DNA of 64,000 nucleotides from a virus. The notes below the pieces were generated by a model. That model did not search any database. It worked only from the letters and a program-made list of their open reading frames with translations, and was not told the DNA's origin. The position numbers and the translations under genes were made by a program. The stretch is from the IMG/VR virus record IMGVR_UViG_3300025789_000020. One strand, given 5' to 3'. Of this stretch, positions 51,779 to 60,680 are shown piece by piece; positions within the stretch are counted from its first letter, which is position 1, and every line of letters starts with the position of its first letter.

Positions 51779-52207
51779 ATGGCTAAGTTTGCACGGGGAA
51801 AGTTTGTGATGAAAAACCCAGCAAAGTATGTTGGGACAAAACTTCCTACATACCGAAGCAGTTGGGAGTGGACATTTATGAGATTCTGCGATGAAAATGA
51901 TAGAGTACATAAATGGGCAAGTGAAGCTATACAAATACCCTATAGAGATCCGTTAACTGGTCGTCAAACGATATACGTTCCTGATTTTTTCATACAATAT
52001 CTTGACAAGTTTAACAAATTAATTGTTGAATTAATTGAGATTAAACCTGCTAGCCAAACTATTTTAGAACGTGTAGGCAAGAACAAATACAACCAAGCTC
52101 AGTTTGTCAAGAATCAAGCTAAATGGGCTGCCGCTAATATATGGTGTAAACAGCAAGGCATCAAGTTTCGTATTCTTAATGAAAATGATATATTCAGCCA
52201 AACGTAA
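51779..52207 (+). CDS. gp4: Head completion nuclease (T4 gp4-like, TnsA-type PD-(D/E)xK)
   Basis: NP.KY.G, YRSSWE..FM..CD, W.SE...IPY, Y.PDF, EIKP, N.AKW.AA. Confidence 0.9.
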   Translation: MAKFARGKFVMKNPAKYVGTKLPTYRSSWEWTFMRFCDENDRVHKWASEAIQIPYRDPLTGRQTIYVPDFFIQYLDKFNKLIVELIEIKPASQTILERVGKNKYNQAQFVKNQAKWAAANIWCKQQGIKFRILNENDIFSQT

Positions 52208-52221
52208 GGCTAAGTAATGTT

Positions 52222-52707
52222 ATGACTAAGAAACTTGAAGAACTATTAAATCTTCCTGCTAGTAAAGAAGTTATTAAGCAAGAAGAAAAAAAGAAGAAAA
52301 AAGAGCTAGTTGATGCACAGCCGTTGCTTCGCGACATTAGCGAATTTGATAAAATATCTGCTGCCTTACCTGCTGTAAAAGGGTTAGGTGATATGGCTGA
52401 CAGCGAGCTTGATGATCTAGCTAAACGTGCGGTAGATGCCTACGAAGATATTATGGATCTAGGTATGAACGTAGAAGCTAGATACAGTGGACGATTGTTT
52501 GAAGTAGCCGCAAGTATGCTAGGTAATGCTATTACTGCCAAGACTGCTAAATTAGACAAAAAACTAAAAATGATTGATCTACAGCTGAAAAAACAGAAAT
52601 TAGATCAGGATGCCGCAGGTATAGATGATAGTGTTAACATTCATGGTGATGGTGTTATTATTACTGATCGTAACAGCTTGTTGGAAAAATTAAAGAATTT
52701 AAAATAA
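52222..52707 (+). CDS. Probable terminase small subunit
   Basis: Helical; R.FEVA..ML, coiled coil and DRN.LL..L tail like T4 gp16; upstream of TerL. Confidence 0.5.
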   Translation: MTKKLEELLNLPASKEVIKQEEKKKKKELVDAQPLLRDISEFDKISAALPAVKGLGDMADSELDDLAKRAVDAYEDIMDLGMNVEARYSGRLFEVAASMLGNAITAKTAKLDKKLKMIDLQLKKQKLDQDAAGIDDSVNIHGDGVIITDRNSLLEKLKNLK

Positions 52708-52728
52708 ATACTACATCAGGAATTGACT

Positions 52729-53391
52729 ATGAAATCATTTAAACAATACTTAACAGAAAATCAAAAACGCTACGAATTTAAGATTAAAATTGCTTGCGAT
52801 TGCCCTAAGGATTGCCCTAGCAAGATCAAAGGAGCACTAGCAGAGTTTGGCGTACAATCTGTATCTAGTGGCAAGTCATCTCCTATCCAAGCAATGCACA
52901 CTGAATTTCCAGAACATAAAAATATTTCTGTAACAATTTTTGATGCTGTTACTAGCTACCCTGCAACTAGCAAACAAGTGCATGATAAAGTAGCTCATTT
53001 ATTAAATATTCCGCAAAGTGATATACGTGTTCATAACGAACAAGAGCAAGCAGAGATTGAACTTAATCATGCAAATGACGAACCAACAGGCGATGCAGTT
53101 GTTGGTACTGATTACGAAAAAGTTAATCATCAAGATTTAGTAGGCGAGAAAAGAAAGTTTAGTTTGTTAAAAGACTTAGGCAAAGCAAGACACTTACCTG
53201 AGCAGTACAAAGGGGTTAATGATCCTCTGTTCCCAAAAGCAAAAAAATCTAAAGAACAACCAGAACAACCAAAAGTTACACAAAAACAAGGAATGACAAG
53301 TCCTGTTGGAACTAAAAAGGTTAAATTAACCCCATACGCTGACAGCGTACATAACAGCTTAAATGTCGCTGCCAAAGGAAAAGTAAAATGA
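52729..53391 (+). CDS. Putative internal head protein; start corrected to MKSFKQYLTE at 52729
   Basis: SD AGGA; N-terminus resembles the T4 capsid-targeting sequence. Confidence 0.5.
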   Translation: MKSFKQYLTENQKRYEFKIKIACDCPKDCPSKIKGALAEFGVQSVSSGKSSPIQAMHTEFPEHKNISVTIFDAVTSYPATSKQVHDKVAHLLNIPQSDIRVHNEQEQAEIELNHANDEPTGDAVVGTDYEKVNHQDLVGEKRKFSLLKDLGKARHLPEQYKGVNDPLFPKAKKSKEQPEQPKVTQKQGMTSPVGTKKVKLTPYADSVHNSLNVAAKGKVK

Positions 53392-54368
53392 ACTTTACAG
53401 ACTTATATGCAAAAATTCGTGCGTTAGATGAGAATTTAACAGTACATCCAGTACCAGCTGGAGCAAGCAGTCCAGAAGAAGCTAAACGCCTAGGCGCCTT
53501 AGAACCTCAATCTGCAGAAACTCCTCCTAAAGCTCCTGAGCATACTGACGGACAGCCTGCTCAAGAAGAAATTATCAGCTTAGGCGGCCCAATGCCAAGC
53601 GGAATGATGGGAATGCCACATCATCAAGAAGATTCGGTGACAATGAATGTAAGTATGAACGGAAGTGGCCCCGGCGGCATTAGTGACTTGATGAAAATTT
53701 TGCGCAATATCGAAAGCGGTGAAGAGCATGGTCATGAACCAATTGTTAGCGAGCCACATTCAGCAGATGGCGAAGTTGACATTGAACTAGATGAACAGCA
53801 CGGTGATGCTATTGATGCGGACAAAGGTACTCGTATTAAAAATAGACCACATCGTGTTACCTATGGCATTGATGCTGTTACTAAACATGGTAACGACATG
53901 CATAGCAAAGGTGATATTAGAAGCCGAAAAGTTAATGGCGGTGAAAACCCAATGCACGAGTCATTAGTAAATCGTCTATCACAAATGTATGCCGCTATTA
54001 AAGAAGAGCGTACAGAAGAAAAAGACGAACACGGTAATGTTACAAAGTGGAAAGAAGAAACTCCATGGCGCAAAGCACAAGACAAAGACGGTCGCGGTAA
54101 AGTAACTAATATGAGCGATAAAGCTCGTCGTGAAAGTGAAAAAATGGCCAAGAAAGATGTAAAAGAAAACGCTCATCACGATGATGATGAAGAGAAAAAG
54201 ATTCGTCACCTAATGCGAAAATACGGCTGGAGTCGTCAAGAGGCATTAGAGTACTTCCACTATGAAAAACATGACCCTAAAGATTATGAAAATATGGAAG
54301 AATCATCTGAAAAACGTACTATAACTCGTGCCGCCAAAGGTGTTATGAAGTATAACAAATATGATTAA
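53388..54368 (+). CDS. Charged low-complexity putative internal head/core protein
   Basis: ATGA overlap; E/K/H-rich, many hydrophobic-x-E sites. Confidence 0.45.
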   Translation: MNFTDLYAKIRALDENLTVHPVPAGASSPEEAKRLGALEPQSAETPPKAPEHTDGQPAQEEIISLGGPMPSGMMGMPHHQEDSVTMNVSMNGSGPGGISDLMKILRNIESGEEHGHEPIVSEPHSADGEVDIELDEQHGDAIDADKGTRIKNRPHRVTYGIDAVTKHGNDMHSKGDIRSRKVNGGENPMHESLVNRLSQMYAAIKEERTEEKDEHGNVTKWKEETPWRKAQDKDGRGKVTNMSDKARRESEKMAKKDVKENAHHDDDEEKKIRHLMRKYGWSRQEALEYFHYEKHDPKDYENMEESSEKRTITRAAKGVMKYNKYD

Positions 54369-54403
54369 GTTTCGTCGCAGTTAGCACTCTGTCCGATAGT
54401 GCC

Positions 54404-54431
54404 AAATAGACCCTCCGGGGTCTATTTTTTT
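54404..54431 (+). terminator. Intrinsic terminator upstream of terL
   Basis: aaatagaccc-tccg-gggtctattt followed by a T-run. Confidence 0.8.
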
Positions 54432-54445
54432 GAGTAAATAACATT

Positions 54446-56041
54446 ATGGCAAAATCACTAGACGGCGTCTTAACTAAAAAGGCGCACACTAAAGAATCGT
54501 TCACTGAAGAACAAGTACAGCACTTGTTAGCGTGTGCTGACCCCGCCACGGGGTACTTGCACTTTGCCCAAAACTTCTTTTACATACAGCATCCTGTTAA
54601 AGGCAAAATGTTGTTTGAGCCTTATGAATATCAAATAGGGCTACTTAACAGTTATCATGATTTTCGATTCAATGTAAACATGCTACCGCGTCAAAGTGGT
54701 AAGACAACTTGTGCTTCAGCATATTTGCTATGGTATGCTATGTTTCATCCAGATCAAACTATTCTAGTTGCCGCACACAAATACACAGGCTCACAAGAAA
54801 TTATGCAACGTATCCGTTACGGATATGAACTATGTCCTGATTATATACGGTCGGGCGTGGTTAACTATAACAAAGGGAGTATTGAATTTGACAACGGATC
54901 TAGAATTGTATCAGCTACTACTACTGGTAATACCGGTCGTGGTATGTCCATATCCTTATTATATTGTGACGAGTTTGCCTTCGTACAGCCTAACATTGCT
55001 GAAGAGTTTTGGACTTCAATATCACCAACACTAGCAACTGGTGGACGAGCAATTATTACTTCAACACCTAACTCAGACGAAGATACGTTTGCTATTATCT
55101 GGAAAGAGTCACAGGATTTGTTTGACGAGTTTGGTAACGAAAATAAAGAAGGAACTGGGCGTAATGGATTCCACGGTTATCGTGCCGAGTGGGGCGATCA
55201 TCCAGATCGTGATGAAGCATGGAAGAAAGTTGAATTAGGTCGTATCGGAGAAGAACGTTTCCGTCGTGAATACGGCTGCGAATTCTTGGTATACGATGAA
55301 ACACTGATCAACAGTATTAAACTTGCAGAGCTTGTAGGAAAAGAACCATCATTCCGTATGGGGCAAGTACGATGGTATAAAAAACCCACACCTGGAAACT
55401 TGTATGTAGCGGCACTTGATCCTAGTTTAGGCACAGGTGGAGATTATGCGGCAATTGAAGTATTTGAATTACCCAGTATGATACAGGTAGCAGAATGGCA
55501 ACATAATTTAACAATCATACAAGATCAAGTAAAAATATTTAAAGATTTATTAAAATACATTCAAGACGAGCTTGGTCAAGATCACCCTAACAGCATTTAT
55601 TGGTCTTGTGAAAATAACACAGTTGGTGAGGCGGCACTAGTTGTTATTAAGGATTTAGGAGAAGAAAACTTCCCTGGATTGTTTGTATCAGAACCTGTGC
55701 GTAAAGGGCATGTTCGTAAATTCCGTAAAGGATTTAACACTACATTTGGTAATAAAATATCAGCATGTTCGAGAGTAAAGTACTTAATTGAGGAAGATAA
55801 GATGAAAATTCACAGTCGACCTTTACTAAGTGAACTTAAAACATTTATTGCTTCGGGTACTAGTTTTAAAGCAAAAACAGGGCAACATGATGACCTAGTT
55901 TCAGCGTTATTGCTAGTTATACGCATGACTGTAGTATTATCAGAATGGGATCCTAGAGTATTTGAAACTCTCAGCATAAATTCACACTTAGAAGAAGATT
56001 GGGAAGCTCCGCTCCCGATATTTGTTTCTAGTAATATCTAA
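54446..56041 (+). CDS. terL: Terminase large subunit (T4 gp17-like)
   Basis: Walker A PRQSGKTT, Walker B LLYCDEFAF, TSTPN, F.REY.CEF, nuclease ALDPS...DY and HDDLV. Confidence 0.95.
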   Translation: MAKSLDGVLTKKAHTKESFTEEQVQHLLACADPATGYLHFAQNFFYIQHPVKGKMLFEPYEYQIGLLNSYHDFRFNVNMLPRQSGKTTCASAYLLWYAMFHPDQTILVAAHKYTGSQEIMQRIRYGYELCPDYIRSGVVNYNKGSIEFDNGSRIVSATTTGNTGRGMSISLLYCDEFAFVQPNIAEEFWTSISPTLATGGRAIITSTPNSDEDTFAIIWKESQDLFDEFGNENKEGTGRNGFHGYRAEWGDHPDRDEAWKKVELGRIGEERFRREYGCEFLVYDETLINSIKLAELVGKEPSFRMGQVRWYKKPTPGNLYVAALDPSLGTGGDYAAIEVFELPSMIQVAEWQHNLTIIQDQVKIFKDLLKYIQDELGQDHPNSIYWSCENNTVGEAALVVIKDLGEENFPGLFVSEPVRKGHVRKFRKGFNTTFGNKISACSRVKYLIEEDKMKIHSRPLLSELKTFIASGTSFKAKTGQHDDLVSALLLVIRMTVVLSEWDPRVFETLSINSHLEEDWEAPLPIFVSSNI

Positions 56042-56051
56042 TAAATATAAG

Positions 56052-58691
56052 ATGGACATTAACTTAGACAAAATCGCACAAGAATTATACGGTAAAATCT
56101 GTACCCGTTTTTCTGACGTCACTTTTGGTGATGAAGCAGGTAAAATATTAAGCCGTGAAGAAGATATCCCCGATGCACGATTCTTTGAATTTGAATACAA
56201 AGAACAAGGCGAAGTGTTAGGTACTATTACTATTACACTTAGTCAAAAGAAGGGTGTATTTGTACAGTTAAGCGGAGACTTAGTTGACTCTAAGCATCCC
56301 AGAGCTTTTAAATTTATACGTTCTTTGAGAGATTTTGCTCGATCAAGATTGTTGAATTATGATGAAATAAATATAGGGAAGAATAATTTAGATAAACGAG
56401 ATTATCATTTCCAGACCAAATCCAAGGAAGAACCTATGATGGAAAGTAAAATGTACGGTACTGCTAAAATCAGTTACCAAGATTTAGGCGAAGCCCGACT
56501 TGTTATTAAACACAGTCAGCCAGTTAACACTGATTTAGCCGCTGGACGTACAATGCATATTGAAAGCATTTATGTTGAAAACGCCGCAGGTGAACGTTTC
56601 AAATATCCATTCAAACATTTAAGTGGTGCTAGAGCATTAGCAGAACATTTAAAACATGGCGGTATTCCTTATGATGCTATTGGTAAACACATTACAAGTC
56701 TAAGTGAAGAACTAGCACAACTACGTAAGTTTAAAGGTTATGTTGGTCGTAATGAATCTTTAGCAGAAGCTATGGGCGAAATCACAAATAAAGTATTTGA
56801 ACGTATTGAGCAAGTTAAAAAAGAAGTAGCAAGCCTTTCACGTAAATCATATTATGAGCAATTTGCAGAAGCATTTGAAGATCGTGAAGATCAAATGATT
56901 CCTGAAGACATTATGAGTGACTGGATTGATCGATTAACAATCCGTACATTTAATGAAGATTTAAAAACAGCATTTCCTTATATCTTCCGTTTAGTTGATG
57001 AAACTAGTATACCGACTAAAGAATTAGGTCCTGATGATATCCTAAGTGATGCATATAATCCAAACAATGTAAGCGCACAGCACGAAAGAGAAATGAGAGC
57101 AGGCCATAAGGCAGAGCTTAAGAAGAAAGCAGATGCAGGTGACGAAAGTGCTAAAAAACGTTTACAAGCGATACACGATAAAGAAGAAGCTCGCCGTGAT
57201 GAATTTAATGCTCGTATGGAACGTGAAAGCTACGATCCTATCAACGCATTTGAAAATTTCATGGACAGCATAGTAAACGAGGACGACGAATCAGAACCTC
57301 GTGATAATTTGTTTAGTGACAATTTAACAGTACAGAAACAAGCAGTAGAAGATTTAAATGCAATCATGGGTGCTGAATTAAAAGTTGGCACAAACGGTGA
57401 CGATGTTATTGGCAGTTTGACTAACAAGCATATTATTGATGATCCAGAATTTTTAAGTACATTTAAAGAATTAGATCCAGACTTAGATGCACGAGCAATT
57501 ATACAACAATATGTATTACAGCGTGATCCTAGTCTTGAAAACCAATTAGATTTTAGCGGTGACGGACAAGTTGGTGGCGCAGATACTGCACCTCCAGCAG
57601 AAACTCCGCCTCCAGCACCTGCTCCAGAAGCACCTCCAGCACCTGCTCCAGAAGCACCTCCAGCACCTGCTCCAGAAGCTGGTGCCCCACCAGTAGCACC
57701 TCCTGAGGCAGCGCCTGCTCCTGTAGCAGAAAGTTCTGGTGCGCCTCATCCTAAAGCTAAAATGATTAGAGCAATTCATAAAGCTAAAGAAGCCGGTGCT
57801 AAATTAGATACTAAATTAGACTTCGGCCATAAAGAAATGACCTTGCATGATTGTATTCGAGAGTGCGGAATGGATCCGCAAGAATTTGGGTTTGATCATG
57901 AAGAGCACGAAGATCCAGTTCACGGTATATTAAAATCAATCAGCGGTTTTTGGAACCCACAAGAAAAGAACTTTACTCTAGGTGGTACACGCACTAAGAT
58001 TAAAGTATTGAAAGATTTTAAAGATGGTGCATTTCCGGGCGCAAGACCTGAACACGTTAAACACGTAATGGACATGATTGAAAAAATGGATCCAAGTAGT
58101 AGTGTTCACCAAGAGATGGATCATATTACACGTCTAGCCGGTGTGCATCATGATCATACTATTGACGAAGCTGGACAAGATGATGCTAAACAAGATTTTA
58201 ATGCACTAATGCAACAGTTTATGCAAAATCATCAGGGCGCTGATCCAGCGGCAATGTTACAACAATATCAGAAAGATAATCCAAACGCTACAGTTACACA
58301 AAACCATACAAGCACAGGATCAATTGACGGCAAGCCTGCTAGTTATGATGATGCTATGGCTAAAACTAAAGGCATGCATCTTAAATTGCCAGCTATGGGT
58401 GATGGCGACACTGAAGATGAAATGGACTTTTCAAACCCACAAGCTATGTTTCAAAAGATACAAGGTAAAGTAGGTAAGATGGCTGGAAATATGCCTAATC
58501 AAACAGTTAGTATGCCTGGTGCTACTATGAATCCAAAAGACATGATGAATGGTATTATGAGCAAGATGCCACAGGGTGCAGGTCAAGGTGGAATGCCAGA
58601 TATGGGTGCTATGATGAAAGGCATGAATATGCCTGGAATGAATGAAGACGCTGAACTAATGGCTATGCTTAAAATTGCAGGACTAAGATAA
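56052..58691 (+). CDS. Large putative internal virion protein; start corrected to MDINL at 56052
   Basis: TAAATA immediately upstream; globular N-terminal half, Pro/Ala linker, Met/Gly-rich tail. Confidence 0.55.
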   Translation: MDINLDKIAQELYGKICTRFSDVTFGDEAGKILSREEDIPDARFFEFEYKEQGEVLGTITITLSQKKGVFVQLSGDLVDSKHPRAFKFIRSLRDFARSRLLNYDEINIGKNNLDKRDYHFQTKSKEEPMMESKMYGTAKISYQDLGEARLVIKHSQPVNTDLAAGRTMHIESIYVENAAGERFKYPFKHLSGARALAEHLKHGGIPYDAIGKHITSLSEELAQLRKFKGYVGRNESLAEAMGEITNKVFERIEQVKKEVASLSRKSYYEQFAEAFEDREDQMIPEDIMSDWIDRLTIRTFNEDLKTAFPYIFRLVDETSIPTKELGPDDILSDAYNPNNVSAQHEREMRAGHKAELKKKADAGDESAKKRLQAIHDKEEARRDEFNARMERESYDPINAFENFMDSIVNEDDESEPRDNLFSDNLTVQKQAVEDLNAIMGAELKVGTNGDDVIGSLTNKHIIDDPEFLSTFKELDPDLDARAIIQQYVLQRDPSLENQLDFSGDGQVGGADTAPPAETPPPAPAPEAPPAPAPEAPPAPAPEAGAPPVAPPEAAPAPVAESSGAPHPKAKMIRAIHKAKEAGAKLDTKLDFGHKEMTLHDCIRECGMDPQEFGFDHEEHEDPVHGILKSISGFWNPQEKNFTLGGTRTKIKVLKDFKDGAFPGARPEHVKHVMDMIEKMDPSSSVHQEMDHITRLAGVHHDHTIDEAGQDDAKQDFNALMQQFMQNHQGADPAAMLQQYQKDNPNATVTQNHTSTGSIDGKPASYDDAMAKTKGMHLKLPAMGDGDTEDEMDFSNPQAMFQKIQGKVGKMAGNMPNQTVSMPGATMNPKDMMNGIMSKMPQGAGQGGMPDMGAMMKGMNMPGMNEDAELMAMLKIAGLR
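57609..57680 (+). repeat. 24-bp tandem repeat x3 (PPAPAPEA)
   Basis: cctccagcacctgctccagaagc(a/t) x3. Confidence 0.9.
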
Positions 58692-58700
58692 GGAATTATT

Positions 58701-59705
58701 ATGAAAAAAATGATCAATGAAACAGAATTAAGAAACCGTGTAAATGGTTTACGTGAGTATCTAGCTATTGTTGAACAACAAAACGAAGATGCTCAATCAG
58801 CTGGACAAGCAATTGGCAACGCCATTGGAACAGTTGGCAATTATGGCAAACAAGCTGTAAATGCAGTTGGTAATGCTGCCGGAGCAGTTGGTAATGCTGT
58901 TGGTAATGCCGCAAGTGCAGTTGGTAATGCGGCTAGTGGCGCAGTCCAAGGTGTTAAAAACTTTGCAGGTGGTGTAGCACAAGGTGCTCAACAAGCATAT
59001 GCGGGTCAACCAGCAGGAGGTGCAGGTGCATCACCTACAAAACCAGCGGCTAAATCAGATCCAGCTGTTATGAAAATTCAACAAGACTTAATTGCTAAAG
59101 GTGCAAAAATTAAAGCTGATGGTATTATGGGGCCAGCTACTCAAGCGGCTCAGAAACAATTTGCGGCAGCACCGGCAGCGGCAGCACCGGCAGCGGCACC
59201 AGCAGGCGATGCGGCAAAAAATCCTGTTGGTACTACAAATGCGGCAACCGCTATCCCAACAGGCGGACTAGAGAATCCAGCTAATCAAGCAAAACCTGCG
59301 GCAACACCTGCGGCGGCTCCAGCCGGCGCACCTGCAAATGTTACAGCACAAGGTTCTGAATTTGGAACTGATGCGACATTTGCCAAACCAGAGGCAACAC
59401 CTGCGACAGGCCAAGCGGCACAAAAACGAGTTTATAATGGTCCGCGTGACACAGTTGGACATATGGCGACGGCACCTGCGGCAGCACCTGCGGCAGCACC
59501 TGCGGCAGCACCTGCGGCAGCACCTGCGGCCGGCCAGGGTGCATCTCCAGCGGCAGCACCTGCGGCTTTTGATCCTACTGGAAAAACTCCAGCAGAAATA
59601 CAAGATGCTCGTAATAAGGGACTAATTGATGAATCAACTAGCAACCATGTAGTATTTGGTCAAGAAGAAAGTTTGGCTAGAATTATCAGTTTAGCAAGAG
59701 GTTAA
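58701..59705 (+). CDS. Ala/Pro-rich protein with a PG_binding_1-like domain
   Basis: DPAV..IQQ.L...G..I.ADGIMGPATQAA.KQF. Confidence 0.7.
   Translation: MKKMINETELRNRVNGLREYLAIVEQQNEDAQSAGQAIGNAIGTVGNYGKQAVNAVGNAAGAVGNAVGNAASAVGNAASGAVQGVKNFAGGVAQGAQQAYAGQPAGGAGASPTKPAAKSDPAVMKIQQDLIAKGAKIKADGIMGPATQAAQKQFAAAPAAAAPAAAPAGDAAKNPVGTTNAATAIPTGGLENPANQAKPAATPAAAPAGAPANVTAQGSEFGTDATFAKPEATPATGQAAQKRVYNGPRDTVGHMATAPAAAPAAAPAAAPAAAPAAGQGASPAAAPAAFDPTGKTPAEIQDARNKGLIDESTSNHVVFGQEESLARIISLARG
59472..59530 (+). repeat. 12-bp tandem repeat x5 (APAA)
   Basis: gcacctgcggca x5 (last copy 11 bp). Confidence 0.9.
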
Positions 59706-59706
59706 C

Positions 59707-60528
59707 GTGAAACTAATTGACGTACTATATGAAGAAGGTGAGATAACAACAAAATCGTTATCTCCTGAAGAATACACAAAATGGTATGCCGATCACGGAC
59801 TCACTCCTCCTAGTACGCCTGGAGGATATGCAACTCCAACTGACAACAGATATGCGGCTGGAGAAGCAGAATACCAAAAATTAGTCAAAGGTGGACAGGG
59901 AGCAAGTCCTACACCTAAACCAGCGGCTAAATCAGATCCTAAAGTATTAGCATTGCAACAAAAATTAATTGCGTTAGGTGCAAAAATTAAAGCTGACGGC
60001 ATCATGGGACCAGCTACACAAGCCGCAATGAAACAATATGGTTTAGATATCAATGGTAATAGTACTGCTAAGAATGTTGCGGCCGATGGCCAACCTCCAG
60101 CAACATTGATGAAAGATACACCTGCTGGTCAATTACAAACACAAGCCGCACAACAAGCTAAAGCCGCTTCGGATAGAAGTGCTACAACAACCGATCCAGG
60201 ACGAACAAGTTTAAATGCAAATATTACCGTGGCACAGCCGACAGGACCTATTGCTCCAACAGCAATTAATAATGGTAGCGGAGTTGGTAAAAATGCAACC
60301 TTAGATCCGGCACAAGCAAGTGCGGCTAAAGATGCAATGAGCGATCCAAATGTTAGTGCAAGAGATAAGGCATTTTTAGCTCAAATGCAAGGAAACACAC
60401 AAGCGGCCGCACCTACTGCACCTACTGCACCTGTTAGTGCTAAGGCACAAGCTAGAGCAAGAGGACAAGCGCAACCTGTTCAAGAAAGTTTAGACAGAAT
60501 TATCGATTTGGCAAAATATCTGAAATAA
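59707..60528 (+). CDS. Protein with a PG_binding_1-like domain (GTG start)
   Basis: DPKV..LQQ.L...G..I.ADGIMGPATQAA.KQY. Confidence 0.7.
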   Translation: MKLIDVLYEEGEITTKSLSPEEYTKWYADHGLTPPSTPGGYATPTDNRYAAGEAEYQKLVKGGQGASPTPKPAAKSDPKVLALQQKLIALGAKIKADGIMGPATQAAMKQYGLDINGNSTAKNVAADGQPPATLMKDTPAGQLQTQAAQQAKAASDRSATTTDPGRTSLNANITVAQPTGPIAPTAINNGSGVGKNATLDPAQASAAKDAMSDPNVSARDKAFLAQMQGNTQAAAPTAPTAPVSAKAQARARGQAQPVQESLDRIIDLAKYLK

Positions 60529-60553
60529 TATCACATTTAGAGCAAGAAATCTC

Positions 60554-60582
60554 TTGCAATGATAAATAAAAGCGTATACAAT
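60554..60582 (+). promoter_or_regulatory. Sigma70-type promoter for gp32 with an embedded TAAATA
   Basis: TTGCAA-N17-TACAAT; TAAATA at 60563-60568. Confidence 0.7.
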
Positions 60583-60600
60583 AACATGTATGCGCTTTTT
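60568..60600 (+). terminator. Terminator-like hairpin overlapping the -10 element
   Basis: aaaagcgtataca-ataaca-tgtatgcgcttttt. Confidence 0.6.
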
Positions 60601-60680
60601 CTTTAAGTAGATCTTAAAGGAATACAGGCAAATAAAAACGCAGAAATGCAAACACAAAGGCTATTAATAGGAGAACAATT

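Noticed and set aside
43028-56054. ORF-track starts at 44521, 46263, 52723 and 56022 (and 223)
   Set aside because: They run across promoters or neighbouring genes; the corrected ATG starts have SD or TAAATA support, and the first gene is open from base 1.
57609-59530. CRISPR array
   Set aside because: Repeats are contiguous and in-frame with no spacers, and there are no cas genes.
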